64,000 bases of DNA, taken from positions 163,455 through 227,454 of the forward strand of contig JAQBYT010000003.1 of the NCBI GenBank assembly GCA_027622665.1. Direction: 5' to 3'. This document shows positions 1 through 9,940 of this stretch, piece by piece (positions within the stretch are counted from its first letter, which is position 1; each line of letters opens with the position of its first letter). This DNA comes from Verrucomicrobiota bacterium. GTDB lineage: Bacteria; Verrucomicrobiota; Verrucomicrobiia; Opitutales; Seribacteraceae. Under the pieces are notes generated by a model that saw only the letters and a program-made list of their open reading frames with translations, made no database searches and had not been told where the DNA came from. The position numbers were made by a program, and so were the translations under genes.

Positions 1-255
1 AAACTCTACGCCAACGAAAAATTCTACGACCTATCCATCGATCCGAAAGAAAGAAAACCTCTAGCAAAAGGGAAAGTAACGGAAACTCGAAAGCGTCTTG
101 AGACCACCATTAGGGAAATAGGATATGGAAAATGTGATGGCGAGGGAGAACCCCCTGAAACCGTCTCAGTATTCGATAACCCAGCAGCGTCCTTGCGAGA
201 AATGCTCGGCCTCGTCGGCCGTAATCCAACGTTCTTGATAGCGTTCACCCCATGA
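1..255 (+). CDS. 3' end of a probable sulfatase-family protein (partial, runs off window start)
   Basis: Frame +1 reads KLYANEKFYDLSIDPKERKPL..., resembling the KLY..FYDL..DP.E..PL C-terminal motif of sulfatases. The stop TGA at 253-255 implies a ~90-nt overlap with the convergent gene. Confidence 0.45.
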   Translation, partial: KLYANEKFYDLSIDPKERKPLAKGKVTETRKRLETTIREIGYGKCDGEGEPPETVSVFDNPAASLREMLGLVGRNPTFLIAFTP

Positions 256-1704
256 ATCAGTGAAAGCGATTTCCTCGGTTTCGTTATTATAACCGTGGAT
301 AATGCAGATGTGATTGCTGTCGTCCGAACTGGGTTTAGTAAAGTTTCCGGCTTCCTTTACCGCCTTGTTCATAAGGCTTTTCCATTCGCGAGCATCCATT
401 CCTTTTCGGTCAGCTGTCCGCTCGTTGGCTATACGATTGAAGGTTTTTGTGGAGTGAAGGCCCCAAAGGATAGGCACACCGGAATCGATGGAACGAGCCA
501 GCTGCTTAAAAGACGGATGTCCTCGCAAGGGCTTGAAGTTTCGACCGGCCGAAACGACTTCCTGCTGAACCGCTTGGACTAGGGTTGGGGTATGGGTTCC
601 ACCGCCCAGTCCAGTATTGCCTGCCATGGCGAGTAAGTACATGTCGGCCGGGATCGCCATATAGCGCATACATCGCTCGAAAGTAGCCGGCACGCAGTAA
701 CCCTTGGGACCTTGGTCAACCATGGGAAGATTTTTGATAACAACATCTCCATTAGGTCGGCGATCAACGTTTTCTCGATGAATGCGTCGGATGTACATAT
801 CGGCCGTCTTTCGCGTTTTCCCTCTGGCTTCTGCAGAAGCAACGGTTTCAACCGAGAGGCTGACGAACTCCCCATCCATTACCGAGAGCAAAAAGCTGTG
901 CCCGTTCCAGTCCCATCTAGAAACCTTTCGCTTGGCGGAACCTTGACCGAAATTCTGTCGACGAGGTTTTCCTAAAATATTTTCGAAAAGCTCGGCCACT
1001 ACATTGGCGTCGCGTTCCATCCATTTTTCCAGTTGTCGCGGATCCTTGGTTACCCTTCCGTCCTTAAAATGCTCCTCCGCCGCCCCGGCCGCAGCGAAAC
1101 AATCACCCTTGTTGGCAAATACCAGAGAAAGCCCGGTCACCTTATCCGCATCACCATAAAGCGCGGCGGAATAAGGACGAGCACCGACAAAACGATAGTT
1201 TGATGGAGGGTACAGTCGATAACTGGTCTGACGGGCGGTAATCGATTCACGCGGCCACCGCAAACGGGTTCCGGCGGCGACCGGATCATCATCCCAGAGC
1301 GAACCGTCAGCGAACAAGGGCTCCCCGATGATTTCATTTAAAGCTCGAAAGTCTTTCTGCGAGGATCCCGGCGATCCAGTTGGGGGGGAAGGAACGCCTG
1401 ACTCCTGGACCGAGGGAGACTCAGGTGCAATCGGAGCCGGGCGAGGCAAGGAGAGAAGCCTTTGTCGCTCGCGCAAAAGGTAGGCACGGCTATTTAAATC
1501 AAATAAATTCAAAGGGGACTTGAACCGAACCCCGTCCTCTCGTCGCAAAATAACGTGATCGGGTTCCACCTTCTCGACCACGGCTCGAATCGAAACGCCT
1601 TGCAAACTGCTAAGGGTCACAAATTCTTGAGCGTTCAAACAAGAAAGGCCCGCGACAGAGTAAACGAGCAAGCAGAAAGCAAAAACTCGATTAAAGATAA
1701 ACAT
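166..1704 (-). CDS. Secreted papain-like (C39-like) cysteine peptidase with N-terminal SHD1-like domain
   Basis: Signal peptide from Met at 1704 (MFIFNRVFAFCLL...LNA). SHD1-like segment (GVSIRAVVEKVEPDHVILRREDG). Catalytic-type motifs DQGPKGYC, NHICIIHGYN and DSWG. Confidence 0.7.
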   Translation of the reverse strand: MFIFNRVFAFCLLVYSVAGLSCLNAQEFVTLSSLQGVSIRAVVEKVEPDHVILRREDGVRFKSPLNLFDLNSRAYLLRERQRLLSLPRPAPIAPESPSVQESGVPSPPTGSPGSSQKDFRALNEIIGEPLFADGSLWDDDPVAAGTRLRWPRESITARQTSYRLYPPSNYRFVGARPYSAALYGDADKVTGLSLVFANKGDCFAAAGAAEEHFKDGRVTKDPRQLEKWMERDANVVAELFENILGKPRRQNFGQGSAKRKVSRWDWNGHSFLLSVMDGEFVSLSVETVASAEARGKTRKTADMYIRRIHRENVDRRPNGDVVIKNLPMVDQGPKGYCVPATFERCMRYMAIPADMYLLAMAGNTGLGGGTHTPTLVQAVQQEVVSAGRNFKPLRGHPSFKQLARSIDSGVPILWGLHSTKTFNRIANERTADRKGMDAREWKSLMNKAVKEAGNFTKPSSDDSNHICIIHGYNNETEEIAFTDSWGERYQERWITADEAEHFSQGRCWVIEY

Positions 1705-1829
1705 GGCTTCGATACTTGCCGAAATAACACTCCGCATGCAAACCTTATGGAAAAGGGTCAGTTGCAGGAATGACAACTTGCATAAAAAGGGATTGCAGAC
1801 CTGCAAAAAGTGCTTCTAAATGAAAAGAT

Positions 1830-2228
1830 ATGAATGTTCAACGCCCAACGCTACCCTCTTTACTAACATGGGCAATAGTTGTCGCTGCCCTATTCATGAC
1901 TGCCTGCTCGAACACGGGAATGAACCCTTTTGCCTCGGGAGAAGATCAGGTCAACGAGAACATCAAGAACCTAATGGGTCTGCAACCCGGCATGACCAAA
2001 GGACAGGTTTTTAAGCTAGCAGGTGTAGCCAATTACATAGAAGGCGAGAGCTGGGGGAGTGTTTGGTTTTACAAGTACCGCCCCGGAGGAGACGAAGGAA
2101 CCCTTGCCGATAGTAATGTGGAAAAAAACTACATGCCAGTTGTTTTTGACTCAAGTGATCGCTTGATTGGATATGGGTATGAATTCTACAAGAACACCAT
2201 GGATCAACTTGGTTCGGGACCATATTGA
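1830..2228 (+). CDS. Lipoprotein, BamE/SmpA-like fold (DUF3192-like)
   Basis: Lipobox MTAC; LQPGMTKGQV and VWFY...PVVF..DRLIGYG pattern. Confidence 0.6.
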   Translation: MNVQRPTLPSLLTWAIVVAALFMTACSNTGMNPFASGEDQVNENIKNLMGLQPGMTKGQVFKLAGVANYIEGESWGSVWFYKYRPGGDEGTLADSNVEKNYMPVVFDSSDRLIGYGYEFYKNTMDQLGSGPY

Positions 2229-2266
2229 TCACAGAAGTGGAGATCGAAGTATTAGGTAAAACGGAA

Positions 2267-2294
2267 TTGACGAGACGAGAAGAGAACATAATAT
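2267..2294 (+). promoter_or_regulatory. Candidate sigma70 promoter of rplM-rpsI
   Basis: TTGACG (2267-2272), 16-nt spacer, TAATAT (2289-2294), upstream of rplM. Confidence 0.4.
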
Positions 2295-2322
2295 AGATTG
2301 TTTTTCCCTATTCTTCCTTACC

Positions 2323-2754
2323 ATGAAAACAACCTTGGCTAAGGTCGGTGCAGAAACCGACCGAAACTGGCGAATCGTAGATGCTTCTGACCAAATACTT
2401 GGACGGCTTGCCGTAAAGGTGGCAAATGTATTGCGAGGTCGCGACAAACCGATATTCACTCCACACATTGATGCAGGAGACTATGTCATCGTTGTAAACG
2501 CTGAAAAAGTAAAGCTTTCGGGAAAGAAGGAAGAGCAGAAGCAATATATGTTTTACAGCGGTTACATGGGTGGGGAGAAATACCGTAATGTTGCTGACTT
2601 CAGGAAAAAACGACCCGAGTTTCTCATCATGAATGCGGTCAAAGGAATGTTGCCCAAAAACAAACTTTCTAGCCAATTACTTACAAAACTTCGAATTTAC
2701 GCTGGTCCTGAGCATCCTCACGAAGCTCAGTCACCACAACCCTTGAATATTTAG
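2323..2754 (+). CDS. rplM: 50S ribosomal protein L13
   Basis: W.IVDA..QILGRLA, KPIFTPHIDAGDYVIVVNAEK, GMLPKN, HPHEAQ motifs. Confidence 0.98.
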   Translation: MKTTLAKVGAETDRNWRIVDASDQILGRLAVKVANVLRGRDKPIFTPHIDAGDYVIVVNAEKVKLSGKKEEQKQYMFYSGYMGGEKYRNVADFRKKRPEFLIMNAVKGMLPKNKLSSQLLTKLRIYAGPEHPHEAQSPQPLNI

Positions 2755-2777
2755 CAAAAGCCACCTCGATAGATTAA

Positions 2778-3182
2778 ATGAGCCCTAAGAAAAAAGAAGA
2801 TACACACATTGCCACAGGTCGCCGTAAGACTAGCACGGCTCGAATCCGCCTTATTGCGGGGGCAGGAAGCTTCACCGTAAACGGACGAGAAGTAAACGAA
2901 TACTTTCCCACGTCCCAGTTGCGCAAGACCGTCGCCGGACCTCTCGCAGAGGTTGAAATGTCCGATAGCATAGACTTAATCGTAAACGTTAGCGGGGGCG
3001 GTTGCTCCGGACAAGCCGGGGCAGTTCGACATGGCATCGCAAGAGCACTTGAGAAAATGGATCCCGAGTTAAGGAAGACCCTCAAGAAAGCTGGACACCT
3101 CCGGAGAGATCCTCGCAAAAAAGAGCGAAAGAAACCCGGACAACCCGGAGCACGAAAACGTTTCCAATTCTCCAAGCGTTAA
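2778..3182 (+). CDS. rpsI: 30S ribosomal protein S9
   Basis: TGRRKTSTAR, GGG.SGQAGAVRHGIARAL and C-terminal RKRFQFSKR; follows rplM. Confidence 0.98.
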   Translation: MSPKKKEDTHIATGRRKTSTARIRLIAGAGSFTVNGREVNEYFPTSQLRKTVAGPLAEVEMSDSIDLIVNVSGGGCSGQAGAVRHGIARALEKMDPELRKTLKKAGHLRRDPRKKERKKPGQPGARKRFQFSKR

Positions 3183-3205
3183 ACGCTTTTATAGAAAACA
3201 ATTTC

Positions 3206-3250
3206 AACCCTCCGGATAAAAATCCGGAGGGTTTTTGTTTTTTTTATTTT
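3206..3250 (+). terminator. Rho-independent terminator after rpsI
   Basis: Perfect stem AACCCTCCGGAT / ATCCGGAGGGTT with AAAA loop, followed by a long T tract. Confidence 0.9.
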
Positions 3251-3256
3251 GCCACC

Positions 3257-3286
3257 TTTGACTAACAAGTCATAAACTTTTACTTT
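3257..3286 (+). promoter_or_regulatory. ARG-box-like palindrome overlapping the candidate arg operon promoter
   Basis: TTTGACTAACAAGTCATA (TGACT-N4-AGTCA dyad) at 3257-3274. TTGACT-N17-TACTTT lies just upstream of the argC ATG. Confidence 0.45.
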
Positions 3287-3291
3287 TGCCC

Positions 3292-4320
3292 ATGAACGCC
3301 TGCATTATAGGAGCATCCGGATATTCCGGTCGAGAACTGGTAAGCCTTCTGGCTGTACATCCGAACATATGTCTTTCGGCTGTCACCTCCAGAAGCTTGG
3401 CGGGATCCCCGGTGGAAGTTGCTCTGCCTAGGATGCGAGGGAAGGCCCCACACCTGTCTTTTTCCTCGCCCGATCCCGACGAACTTGCCCAACGCGATGA
3501 TCTGGACATTTTCTTTTTGGCACTACCGCACGGCACGGCTGCCGAATACGCGAGTCCGTTGGTGGAGGCGGGCAAACGCGTAATCGACTTGAGTGCAGAC
3601 TTTCGACTTTCTTGTCCAAAACTTTACGAGGAATTCTACGGTATCCCCCACCCTGCCCCGGAACTTTTGAAGAAAGCCATGTATGGACTTCCCGAGCTCC
3701 ACGAACTAACTTGGGAAAAGAGCAAGCTCATAGCTTCACCGGGTTGCTACCCCACCAGCATTCTAGTCCCATTGGTCCCTTTGCTCGAAGCAGGATTAGT
3801 GGAAGCAGAAGGGATTGTCATCAACAGCTTCAGCGGAGTTAGCGGAGCAGGTCGACAAGCATCGGAAAAACTCTTGTACTGCGAAAGAAACGAAAGTGCA
3901 GCAGCTTACGGTCTGCCAAAACATCGTCACCTTGCTGAAATCGAAGAGCAGCTCGGCATAGCCTGCGGCGAGGAAGTAGTAGTCTCCTTCCATCCACATC
4001 TCGCACCTATGAATCGGGGAATCGCCACCACCATCTCAGTGCCTGCAAAGGGTAAACTAGACACCCCATTAATCGAGAATTGTTGGCAACAAAAGTATGC
4101 CGGCAGGCCTTTCACTCAAATCCTGCCCAGTGGCGAGTTCCCCGACGTTGCCCACGTCAACGGCACCAACCGAATCGATTTCTCCGCGGTGGCAGACGGA
4201 CGGACTGGGCGCTATATTCTTACTTCCGCCGAAGACAACCTGCTCAAGGGCGCCGGCGGACAAGCCGTACAAGCGATGAACGTTTGCTCGGGCTTCGAAG
4301 AAACTGCTGGGCTGCCATGA
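3292..4320 (+). CDS. argC: N-acetyl-gamma-glutamyl-phosphate reductase
   Basis: IIGASGYSG, FLALPHG, IDLSADFRL, PGCYPT, DNLLKGAGGQAVQ. Confidence 0.97.
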   Translation: MNACIIGASGYSGRELVSLLAVHPNICLSAVTSRSLAGSPVEVALPRMRGKAPHLSFSSPDPDELAQRDDLDIFFLALPHGTAAEYASPLVEAGKRVIDLSADFRLSCPKLYEEFYGIPHPAPELLKKAMYGLPELHELTWEKSKLIASPGCYPTSILVPLVPLLEAGLVEAEGIVINSFSGVSGAGRQASEKLLYCERNESAAAYGLPKHRHLAEIEEQLGIACGEEVVVSFHPHLAPMNRGIATTISVPAKGKLDTPLIENCWQQKYAGRPFTQILPSGEFPDVAHVNGTNRIDFSAVADGRTGRYILTSAEDNLLKGAGGQAVQAMNVCSGFEETAGLP

Positions 4321-5534
4321 AATTCTACGAGAACGTCGATGGGCTTACCGAAGTCTCTGGATTTTTCTGCGGAGCCATACATTGCGATGTGCGAGGGAAA
4401 CGAGATGGCCGCATCGACCTCGGTATCCTTTACTCGAAAAGACCCTGTTCGGGAGCCGGCGTATTCACCACAAACGACATAAAAGCCGCTCCGGTTCTTC
4501 ATGGGCAGACCATACTTGCTGAAGGAAATGAATTCCATGCCATCGTAGCGAATAGCGGTAACGCCAACGCGTGCACAGGCCCACAAGGTGAAGTGGATAC
4601 TAGAACCATGGCCTCGGAAGTCGCTCGACAGCTTAGATTGAAACCTGAACAAGTTTTCGTCTGCTCCACCGGCCGAATAGGTGAACCCTTGCCGATGAGT
4701 CGCATCACAGCCGGTATTCGCGATGCCGTCCAAGACATCGAGGACGGAGTCGACGGCGGAATGGGCTTCCAGCAGGCCATTCTTACTTCCGACACCACTA
4801 CAAAGTCCTGTCTAGCAGAGTTCGAGACGACCGATGGGACAGTCCGAGTTGCAGGAGTGGCAAAAGGAAGCGGCATGATCGAGCCAAACATGGCAACCAT
4901 GCTCGCCTTCATAGTCACTGATGCCAGCCTGCCTTCCCAACTCCTCCAAGACACTCTTAAAACAGCCGCCGATAAAACATTCAACCGCATCACAATCGAT
5001 GGCGACATGAGCACCAACGACACCGTCCTCGCTCTCGCCAACGGTTTTTCCAATGTAGACATTTCGGAAAAAACTCCGGATATTTTGGCCGATTTCCAGA
5101 CTGCGGTTGAAAAAGTCTGTGCCTGTCTCGCTCGCAAAATGATTGGAGACGGGGAAAAAGTCACTAAGCTCATTGAGCTCGTCGTAAAAGGGGCACCGAA
5201 TGACGCCGCAGCGGAAAAAGTTGCTAGAAGCATTGCCAACTCCCTCCTTGTCAAAACATCGTGGTACGGTTCCGACCCTAACTGGGGACGAATTGTAGAT
5301 GCAGCTGGATATGCGAAGGTAGGAGTCGATTTCTCCCAAATGGAGCTTTTCTATAATGAAGTCCCCGTTCTCGCCAAAGGCAAAGCCCTCACTCGGAACA
5401 AGGATAAGTGGAAAGAAGTAGTCGCCGAAAAAGAGTTTGCTATTCATCTCGACCTCAACCTGGGGCGAGGGACGTGCAACTTGCTGACCACCGATCTAAG
5501 CGTAGCTTACGTAGAGTTCAATAAGAGCGAATGA
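4317..5534 (+). CDS. argJ: Bifunctional ornithine acetyltransferase / N-acetylglutamate synthase
   Basis: ATG at 4317 overlaps the argC stop (ATGA). NSGNANACTG, KGSGMIEPNMATML, DGDMSTND, DPNWGRI. Confidence 0.96.
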   Translation: MKFYENVDGLTEVSGFFCGAIHCDVRGKRDGRIDLGILYSKRPCSGAGVFTTNDIKAAPVLHGQTILAEGNEFHAIVANSGNANACTGPQGEVDTRTMASEVARQLRLKPEQVFVCSTGRIGEPLPMSRITAGIRDAVQDIEDGVDGGMGFQQAILTSDTTTKSCLAEFETTDGTVRVAGVAKGSGMIEPNMATMLAFIVTDASLPSQLLQDTLKTAADKTFNRITIDGDMSTNDTVLALANGFSNVDISEKTPDILADFQTAVEKVCACLARKMIGDGEKVTKLIELVVKGAPNDAAAEKVARSIANSLLVKTSWYGSDPNWGRIVDAAGYAKVGVDFSQMELFYNEVPVLAKGKALTRNKDKWKEVVAEKEFAIHLDLNLGRGTCNLLTTDLSVAYVEFNKSE

Positions 5535-6406
5535 GCGATAACGCTGAGATTGAGGCCATTCAGGCCAAGGCTGCCGTATTGGTGGAGGCCCTCCCGTATG
5601 TGCGCCATTTTCGAGGTTCCACCTTTGTCGTCAAGTACGGCGGTAGCTTCATGGACGCGCCCGATCCTAAAACCCGATCGCGTGTAGCCAGAGATATAGT
5701 TTTTTTGAATTCAGTCGGCATCCGCGTGGTCGTTGTACACGGTGGCGGCAAGGCAATAACGCGAGCTATGAATGAGCGCGGAATCGAGTCGGCTTTCATT
5801 GACGGACTCCGAGTTACGGACTCTCGAGCAATCAAAATTGTCGACGAGGTACTAAACGTCGATATAAACGGAGAGATTGCTGCCTTCGTCGAGGAGAACG
5901 CTTGCGAAGCGGAACGACTCCCGGGAAAGGAAGTCCTGCAATGTGTAAAACTTGACTCCGATCCCGACCTTGGCTTTGTCGGTGAAATCACCAGAGTACT
6001 CGTAGACTCGATAGACGAAGCTCTCGACAACGGAAAGGTGCCGATAATCTCTTCCACAGCAGCAGACTCTTCGGGTGTCTGCCACAACGTGAATGCAGAT
6101 ATCGCCGCTGCGAAAATCGCGATTGGTCTGCGAGCTCGGCGACTGGTGTACCTTTCCGACGTGCCGGGCTTGCTCCGCGATCCGGAGAACCCCGACACCC
6201 TAATATCGAGCTTGCCCGTAGGCGATGTGGAACGACTAAGGCGAGCCGGAATCATAGCCAAAGGCATGCTTCCGAAAGTGAATAGCGCGGTGGAAGCACT
6301 GCAAGCAGGAGTGAGTCGGGTTCACTTAGTCGATGGTCGTTACCCGCACAGCCTACTTCTTGAAATCTTTACCGACACGGGCATCGGTACTGAAATCGTG
6401 CACTAA
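5531..6406 (+). CDS. argB: Acetylglutamate kinase
   Basis: EALPYV, VVKYGG, VHGGG, GLRVTD, NVNAD, GMLPKV, LEIFTD.GIGT. Confidence 0.97.
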   Translation: MSDNAEIEAIQAKAAVLVEALPYVRHFRGSTFVVKYGGSFMDAPDPKTRSRVARDIVFLNSVGIRVVVVHGGGKAITRAMNERGIESAFIDGLRVTDSRAIKIVDEVLNVDINGEIAAFVEENACEAERLPGKEVLQCVKLDSDPDLGFVGEITRVLVDSIDEALDNGKVPIISSTAADSSGVCHNVNADIAAAKIAIGLRARRLVYLSDVPGLLRDPENPDTLISSLPVGDVERLRRAGIIAKGMLPKVNSAVEALQAGVSRVHLVDGRYPHSLLLEIFTDTGIGTEIVH

Positions 6407-6426
6407 GGAAACACTCCGCGAACCAT

Positions 6427-7635
6427 ATGGACATTACTGAATACGGCCACTGTCTCATAAGTAATTATGCAGCTCCTCCCGTAGCATTCGATCGTGGAGA
6501 AGGTGTGCGCATTTGGGACGTGAAAGGCAATGAGTATCTCGATTTCTCTTCGGGCATCGCGGTAACTTGCCTAGGCCATTCGCATCCTAAGTGGGTAAAC
6601 GCCGTGCAGAAACAAGCGGCAAAGCTCGTCCATTGTACGAATCTTTTCGCGATTCCAGAACAAGCTCGCCTCGCGGAAAGGTTAACGGCAAAAGCCGGCA
6701 CCGGAAGGATGCTGTTTTGCAATAGCGGAGCAGAAGCAAACGAAGCTCTCATAAAATTGGCTCGCCTATACGGGTGTAGCAAAGCAGGGGGAGAAGAAGG
6801 GAAAATCGTCAAAATCGTAACGGCGGAAGGAGATTTCCACGGAAGAACATACGGGGCAATGTCAGCCACTTCAGGCTCAAATATTCGTAGTGGATTTGCT
6901 CCGCTCGCTCCGGGTTTCACTTTTGCGAAATTCAACGAACTCGCAAGTTTTGAGGCATTATTGGACGAAGATACCGCCGCCGTACTTATCGAACCAATCC
7001 AAGGGGAAAGAGGGATTCGCGAAACGGACGACGATGTCCTTCGCGGGATTCGCCAACTCTGCGACGAGCGAGGGATTTTGCTGATGCTTGACGAGGTACA
7101 GTCCGGCATGGGTCGAACCGGCCGTTTTTTTTCCTACGAGAGTGCCGGAATAAAGCCTGATGCAATCGCCTTAGCCAAAGGGCTTGGTGGTGGATTTCCC
7201 ATCGGGGCAATATGGGTGCATGAATCCCACGCCGACCTCTTCAAGCCGGGCTCGCACGGCACGACTTTCGGAGGCTCTCCCCTAGCCTGCGCAGCTGCAC
7301 ATGCGGTCCTTGACGTGATCGAGGAAGAAAAACTGATTGAAAAAGTAGCCATCCAAGGCGCGTCGTTCAAGGCCGAACTGGAAGCGCTTGCCGCCAAGCA
7401 TCCGAATCTCGTGAAAGAAGTCCGCGGTCGCGGCTACCTTCTGGCCATGTCCATGAAAGTACCTAGCGGAGAAATCATATCTGCTCTACGTAAGGAAGGA
7501 CTCATCGCAGTACCGGCAGGTGACGATTCCGTACGTCTACTGCCCCCTCTCAACGCGACTGAAGGAGAAATTACCGAGGCCCTCGAAATTATTGACAAAA
7601 CCCTATCCACATTTCCAACTGTCCCGAAAACATGA
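6427..7635 (+). CDS. argD: Acetylornithine aminotransferase (class III PLP)
   Basis: NSGAEANEA, FHGRT, DEVQSGMGRTG, AKGLGGG.PIG, HGTTFGG; located inside the arg operon. Confidence 0.93.
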   Translation: MDITEYGHCLISNYAAPPVAFDRGEGVRIWDVKGNEYLDFSSGIAVTCLGHSHPKWVNAVQKQAAKLVHCTNLFAIPEQARLAERLTAKAGTGRMLFCNSGAEANEALIKLARLYGCSKAGGEEGKIVKIVTAEGDFHGRTYGAMSATSGSNIRSGFAPLAPGFTFAKFNELASFEALLDEDTAAVLIEPIQGERGIRETDDDVLRGIRQLCDERGILLMLDEVQSGMGRTGRFFSYESAGIKPDAIALAKGLGGGFPIGAIWVHESHADLFKPGSHGTTFGGSPLACAAAHAVLDVIEEEKLIEKVAIQGASFKAELEALAAKHPNLVKEVRGRGYLLAMSMKVPSGEIISALRKEGLIAVPAGDDSVRLLPPLNATEGEITEALEIIDKTLSTFPTVPKT

Positions 7636-8576
7636 AACATTTCCTCAAAGAAAATGATTTCTCCAATGATGAAATCCTAGAAATTTTTGACCAAGCGTCT
7701 CATCTGAAACAGAATCGCAAGCAGGGATTGGCAAACGACTTGGCCGGTCAAACGTGGGGTCTACTTTTCTATAAGAACAGCACCCGAACTCGAGTTTCGT
7801 TCGAGGTGGGAATAAATGAGCTTGGCGGTAAAGCGCTTGTACTCGACCAAAAAGCCACCCAAATCGGGCGTGGTGAAAGCATTCACGACACGGCAAAAGT
7901 ACTTTCCCGATACCTGCATGGTTTAGTTATTCGCACATTTGAACACGAAATCATCGAGGAGTTCGCCGCCCACGCCGATATACCCGTGGTTAATGCACTG
8001 ACGGATCTTCTGCATCCTTGCCAGATCTACGCCGACTGTTTTTCCATTGCTGAAAAGTTAGGTGACAGCCGAGACCCGTTTGCATCACTTGCAGGAAAGA
8101 AACTGGCCTTTTTAGGAGACACCTCCTGCAATATGGCCAATTCTTGGATTATGGCGGGAAAACTATTCGGCATGAAAGTTTCTCTTGCCGGCCCCAAAGA
8201 TTTCGCTCCGAAACCAGATTTCCACGACCTCCTAAACAACGAAAGGATGGACTGCGATTTCCAGTTCACTTCCGACCCCAACGAGGCAGTAACGGATGCG
8301 GATATTGTCTACACCGACGTCTGGGTCAGCATGGGGTCCGAAGAAGAGGAAGAATCTCGCATTGAAAGCATGAAGCCTTTCGCAGTGACGTCCGAACTTC
8401 TCTCTCAGGCCAAATCGAAGGCACTGTTCATGCACTGTATGCCGACTCACCCTGGAATGGAAGTAAGCCAAGAAGTTCTCGACTCTTCACAGACAATTAT
8501 CTTCGACCAAGCCGAGAATCGCCTACATGTCCAGAAAGCTATTCTGGCCAAGCTGGCAAGCAACTCAGCGACCTAG
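7632..8576 (+). CDS. argF: Ornithine carbamoyltransferase
   Basis: STRTR, HPCQ, TDVWVSMG, HCMP, QAENR motifs. Confidence 0.96.
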   Translation: MKHFLKENDFSNDEILEIFDQASHLKQNRKQGLANDLAGQTWGLLFYKNSTRTRVSFEVGINELGGKALVLDQKATQIGRGESIHDTAKVLSRYLHGLVIRTFEHEIIEEFAAHADIPVVNALTDLLHPCQIYADCFSIAEKLGDSRDPFASLAGKKLAFLGDTSCNMANSWIMAGKLFGMKVSLAGPKDFAPKPDFHDLLNNERMDCDFQFTSDPNEAVTDADIVYTDVWVSMGSEEEEESRIESMKPFAVTSELLSQAKSKALFMHCMPTHPGMEVSQEVLDSSQTIIFDQAENRLHVQKAILAKLASNSAT

Positions 8577-8612
8577 GCCAGAACACCAAAAATTACCTAA
8601 CTCTTGAAAACC

Positions 8613-9839
8613 ATGAAAATCGTGCTCGCCTACTCAGGAGGTCTAGACACCTCCGTTCTCGTTCACTGGTTCGCAAAGGAACAGAATGCCGAGGTCATCA
8701 CTTATTGTGCCGACATAGGACAGGAAGAAGAACTCGATGGTCTGGAGGAGAAAGCTCTGACCACAGGTGCTTCCGCACACCGAACGGTCGACCTGGTCGA
8801 TGAGTTCGCTTCCGACTTCATCTTTCCCATGGTTCGTGCAGAGGCCGTGTATGAAAGCCAGTATTTGCTTGGCACATCAATCGCTCGCCCGCTCATCGCC
8901 AAGGCCCAAATCGATATCGCTCGAGAATTCGGAGCAGACACCGTGGCCCACGGCGCTACGGGCAAGGGGAACGACCAGTGTCGCTTCGAGCTAGCCTTCG
9001 CTGCTCTCGCACCGGAGATCAAGATTATCGCTCCTTGGCGTGACGCCGAATTCCGAGAACAATTTCCCGGTCGCACTGAAATGATCGAGTACTGCTCCAA
9101 GAACGGTATCGACGTAGAAGCCAGTGCATCCAAGCCATATTCCATGGATCGCAACCTGTGGCACATTTCATACGAAGCCGGCATACTCGAGGACCCTTGG
9201 TTCGACCCAACCACGCCCGACAACAAAGGCATGTTCAAGCTTAGCGTAGACCCTGCGGATGCCCCGGACGACCACGAGTATCTAGAGCTCGAATTCGAAA
9301 AAGGTGACTGCGTGGCCGTCAACGGCGAACCACTCAAACCTGCAGATCTCGTTCGCAAACTTAACTCTCTTGGAGGAAAGCATGGCATTGGGAGGATAGA
9401 CCTTGTCGAGAACCGTTTCGTGGGAATGAAAAGCCGTGGTATCTATGAAACTCCTGGAGGTTCCATCCTGCTTCATGCCCATCGGCAGCTAGAAACCCTC
9501 ACCATGGATCGTGAGCTCATGAACCTGCGCGACTCCCTAGTTCCACGGTATGGACAAATGGTGTACAATGGCTTCTGGTACGCCCCCGAACGCGAAGCCC
9601 TCCAAGCTCTCGTGGACAAAAGCCAAGAAACCGTTTCGGGCACCATACGCTTAAAGCTCTTCAAGGGAAACTTGACGACTGTGGGGCGAAAGTCTCCCTT
9701 CTCGCTGTACGACGAAGACATTGCTTCCATGGAGAAGTCAGACAGCGACTACCGCCCGGAAGATGCAGGTGGCTTCATTCGATTAAACGCTATTCGTCTG
9801 CGAGAACGTAATCGCAAGCAAGGTTATCGGGGATCCTGA
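8613..9839 (+). CDS. argG: Argininosuccinate synthase
   Basis: [36 protein letters not shown]. Confidence 0.98.
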   Translation: MKIVLAYSGGLDTSVLVHWFAKEQNAEVITYCADIGQEEELDGLEEKALTTGASAHRTVDLVDEFASDFIFPMVRAEAVYESQYLLGTSIARPLIAKAQIDIAREFGADTVAHGATGKGNDQCRFELAFAALAPEIKIIAPWRDAEFREQFPGRTEMIEYCSKNGIDVEASASKPYSMDRNLWHISYEAGILEDPWFDPTTPDNKGMFKLSVDPADAPDDHEYLELEFEKGDCVAVNGEPLKPADLVRKLNSLGGKHGIGRIDLVENRFVGMKSRGIYETPGGSILLHAHRQLETLTMDRELMNLRDSLVPRYGQMVYNGFWYAPEREALQALVDKSQETVSGTIRLKLFKGNLTTVGRKSPFSLYDEDIASMEKSDSDYRPEDAGGFIRLNAIRLRERNRKQGYRGS

Positions 9840-9860
9840 AAATGTCCAAAAAGGTGCATT

Positions 9861-9905
9861 CCACTTTGCTGCGGTTTCGCCCTTATAGCAAAGTGGCGCT
9901 TTCAA
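9861..9905 (+). terminator. Stem-loop after argG, possible terminator
   Basis: CCACTTTGCT (9861-9870) / AGCAAAGTGG (9887-9896) perfect 10-bp stem, but only a weak T-tail. Confidence 0.5.
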
Positions 9906-9940
9906 TTGCCTTTCACTCCTGCTAGCCTCCGGTTAATCCG

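Noticed and set aside
4080..4316. 79-aa N-terminal extension of ArgJ in the ORF track
   Set aside because: It lies entirely within argC. The ATG at 4317 overlapping the argC stop is the natural start.
4499..6267. Long antisense ORFs (4499-5254, 5560-6267 and similar elsewhere)
   Set aside because: They lie opposite well-conserved housekeeping genes and show no recognisable motifs.
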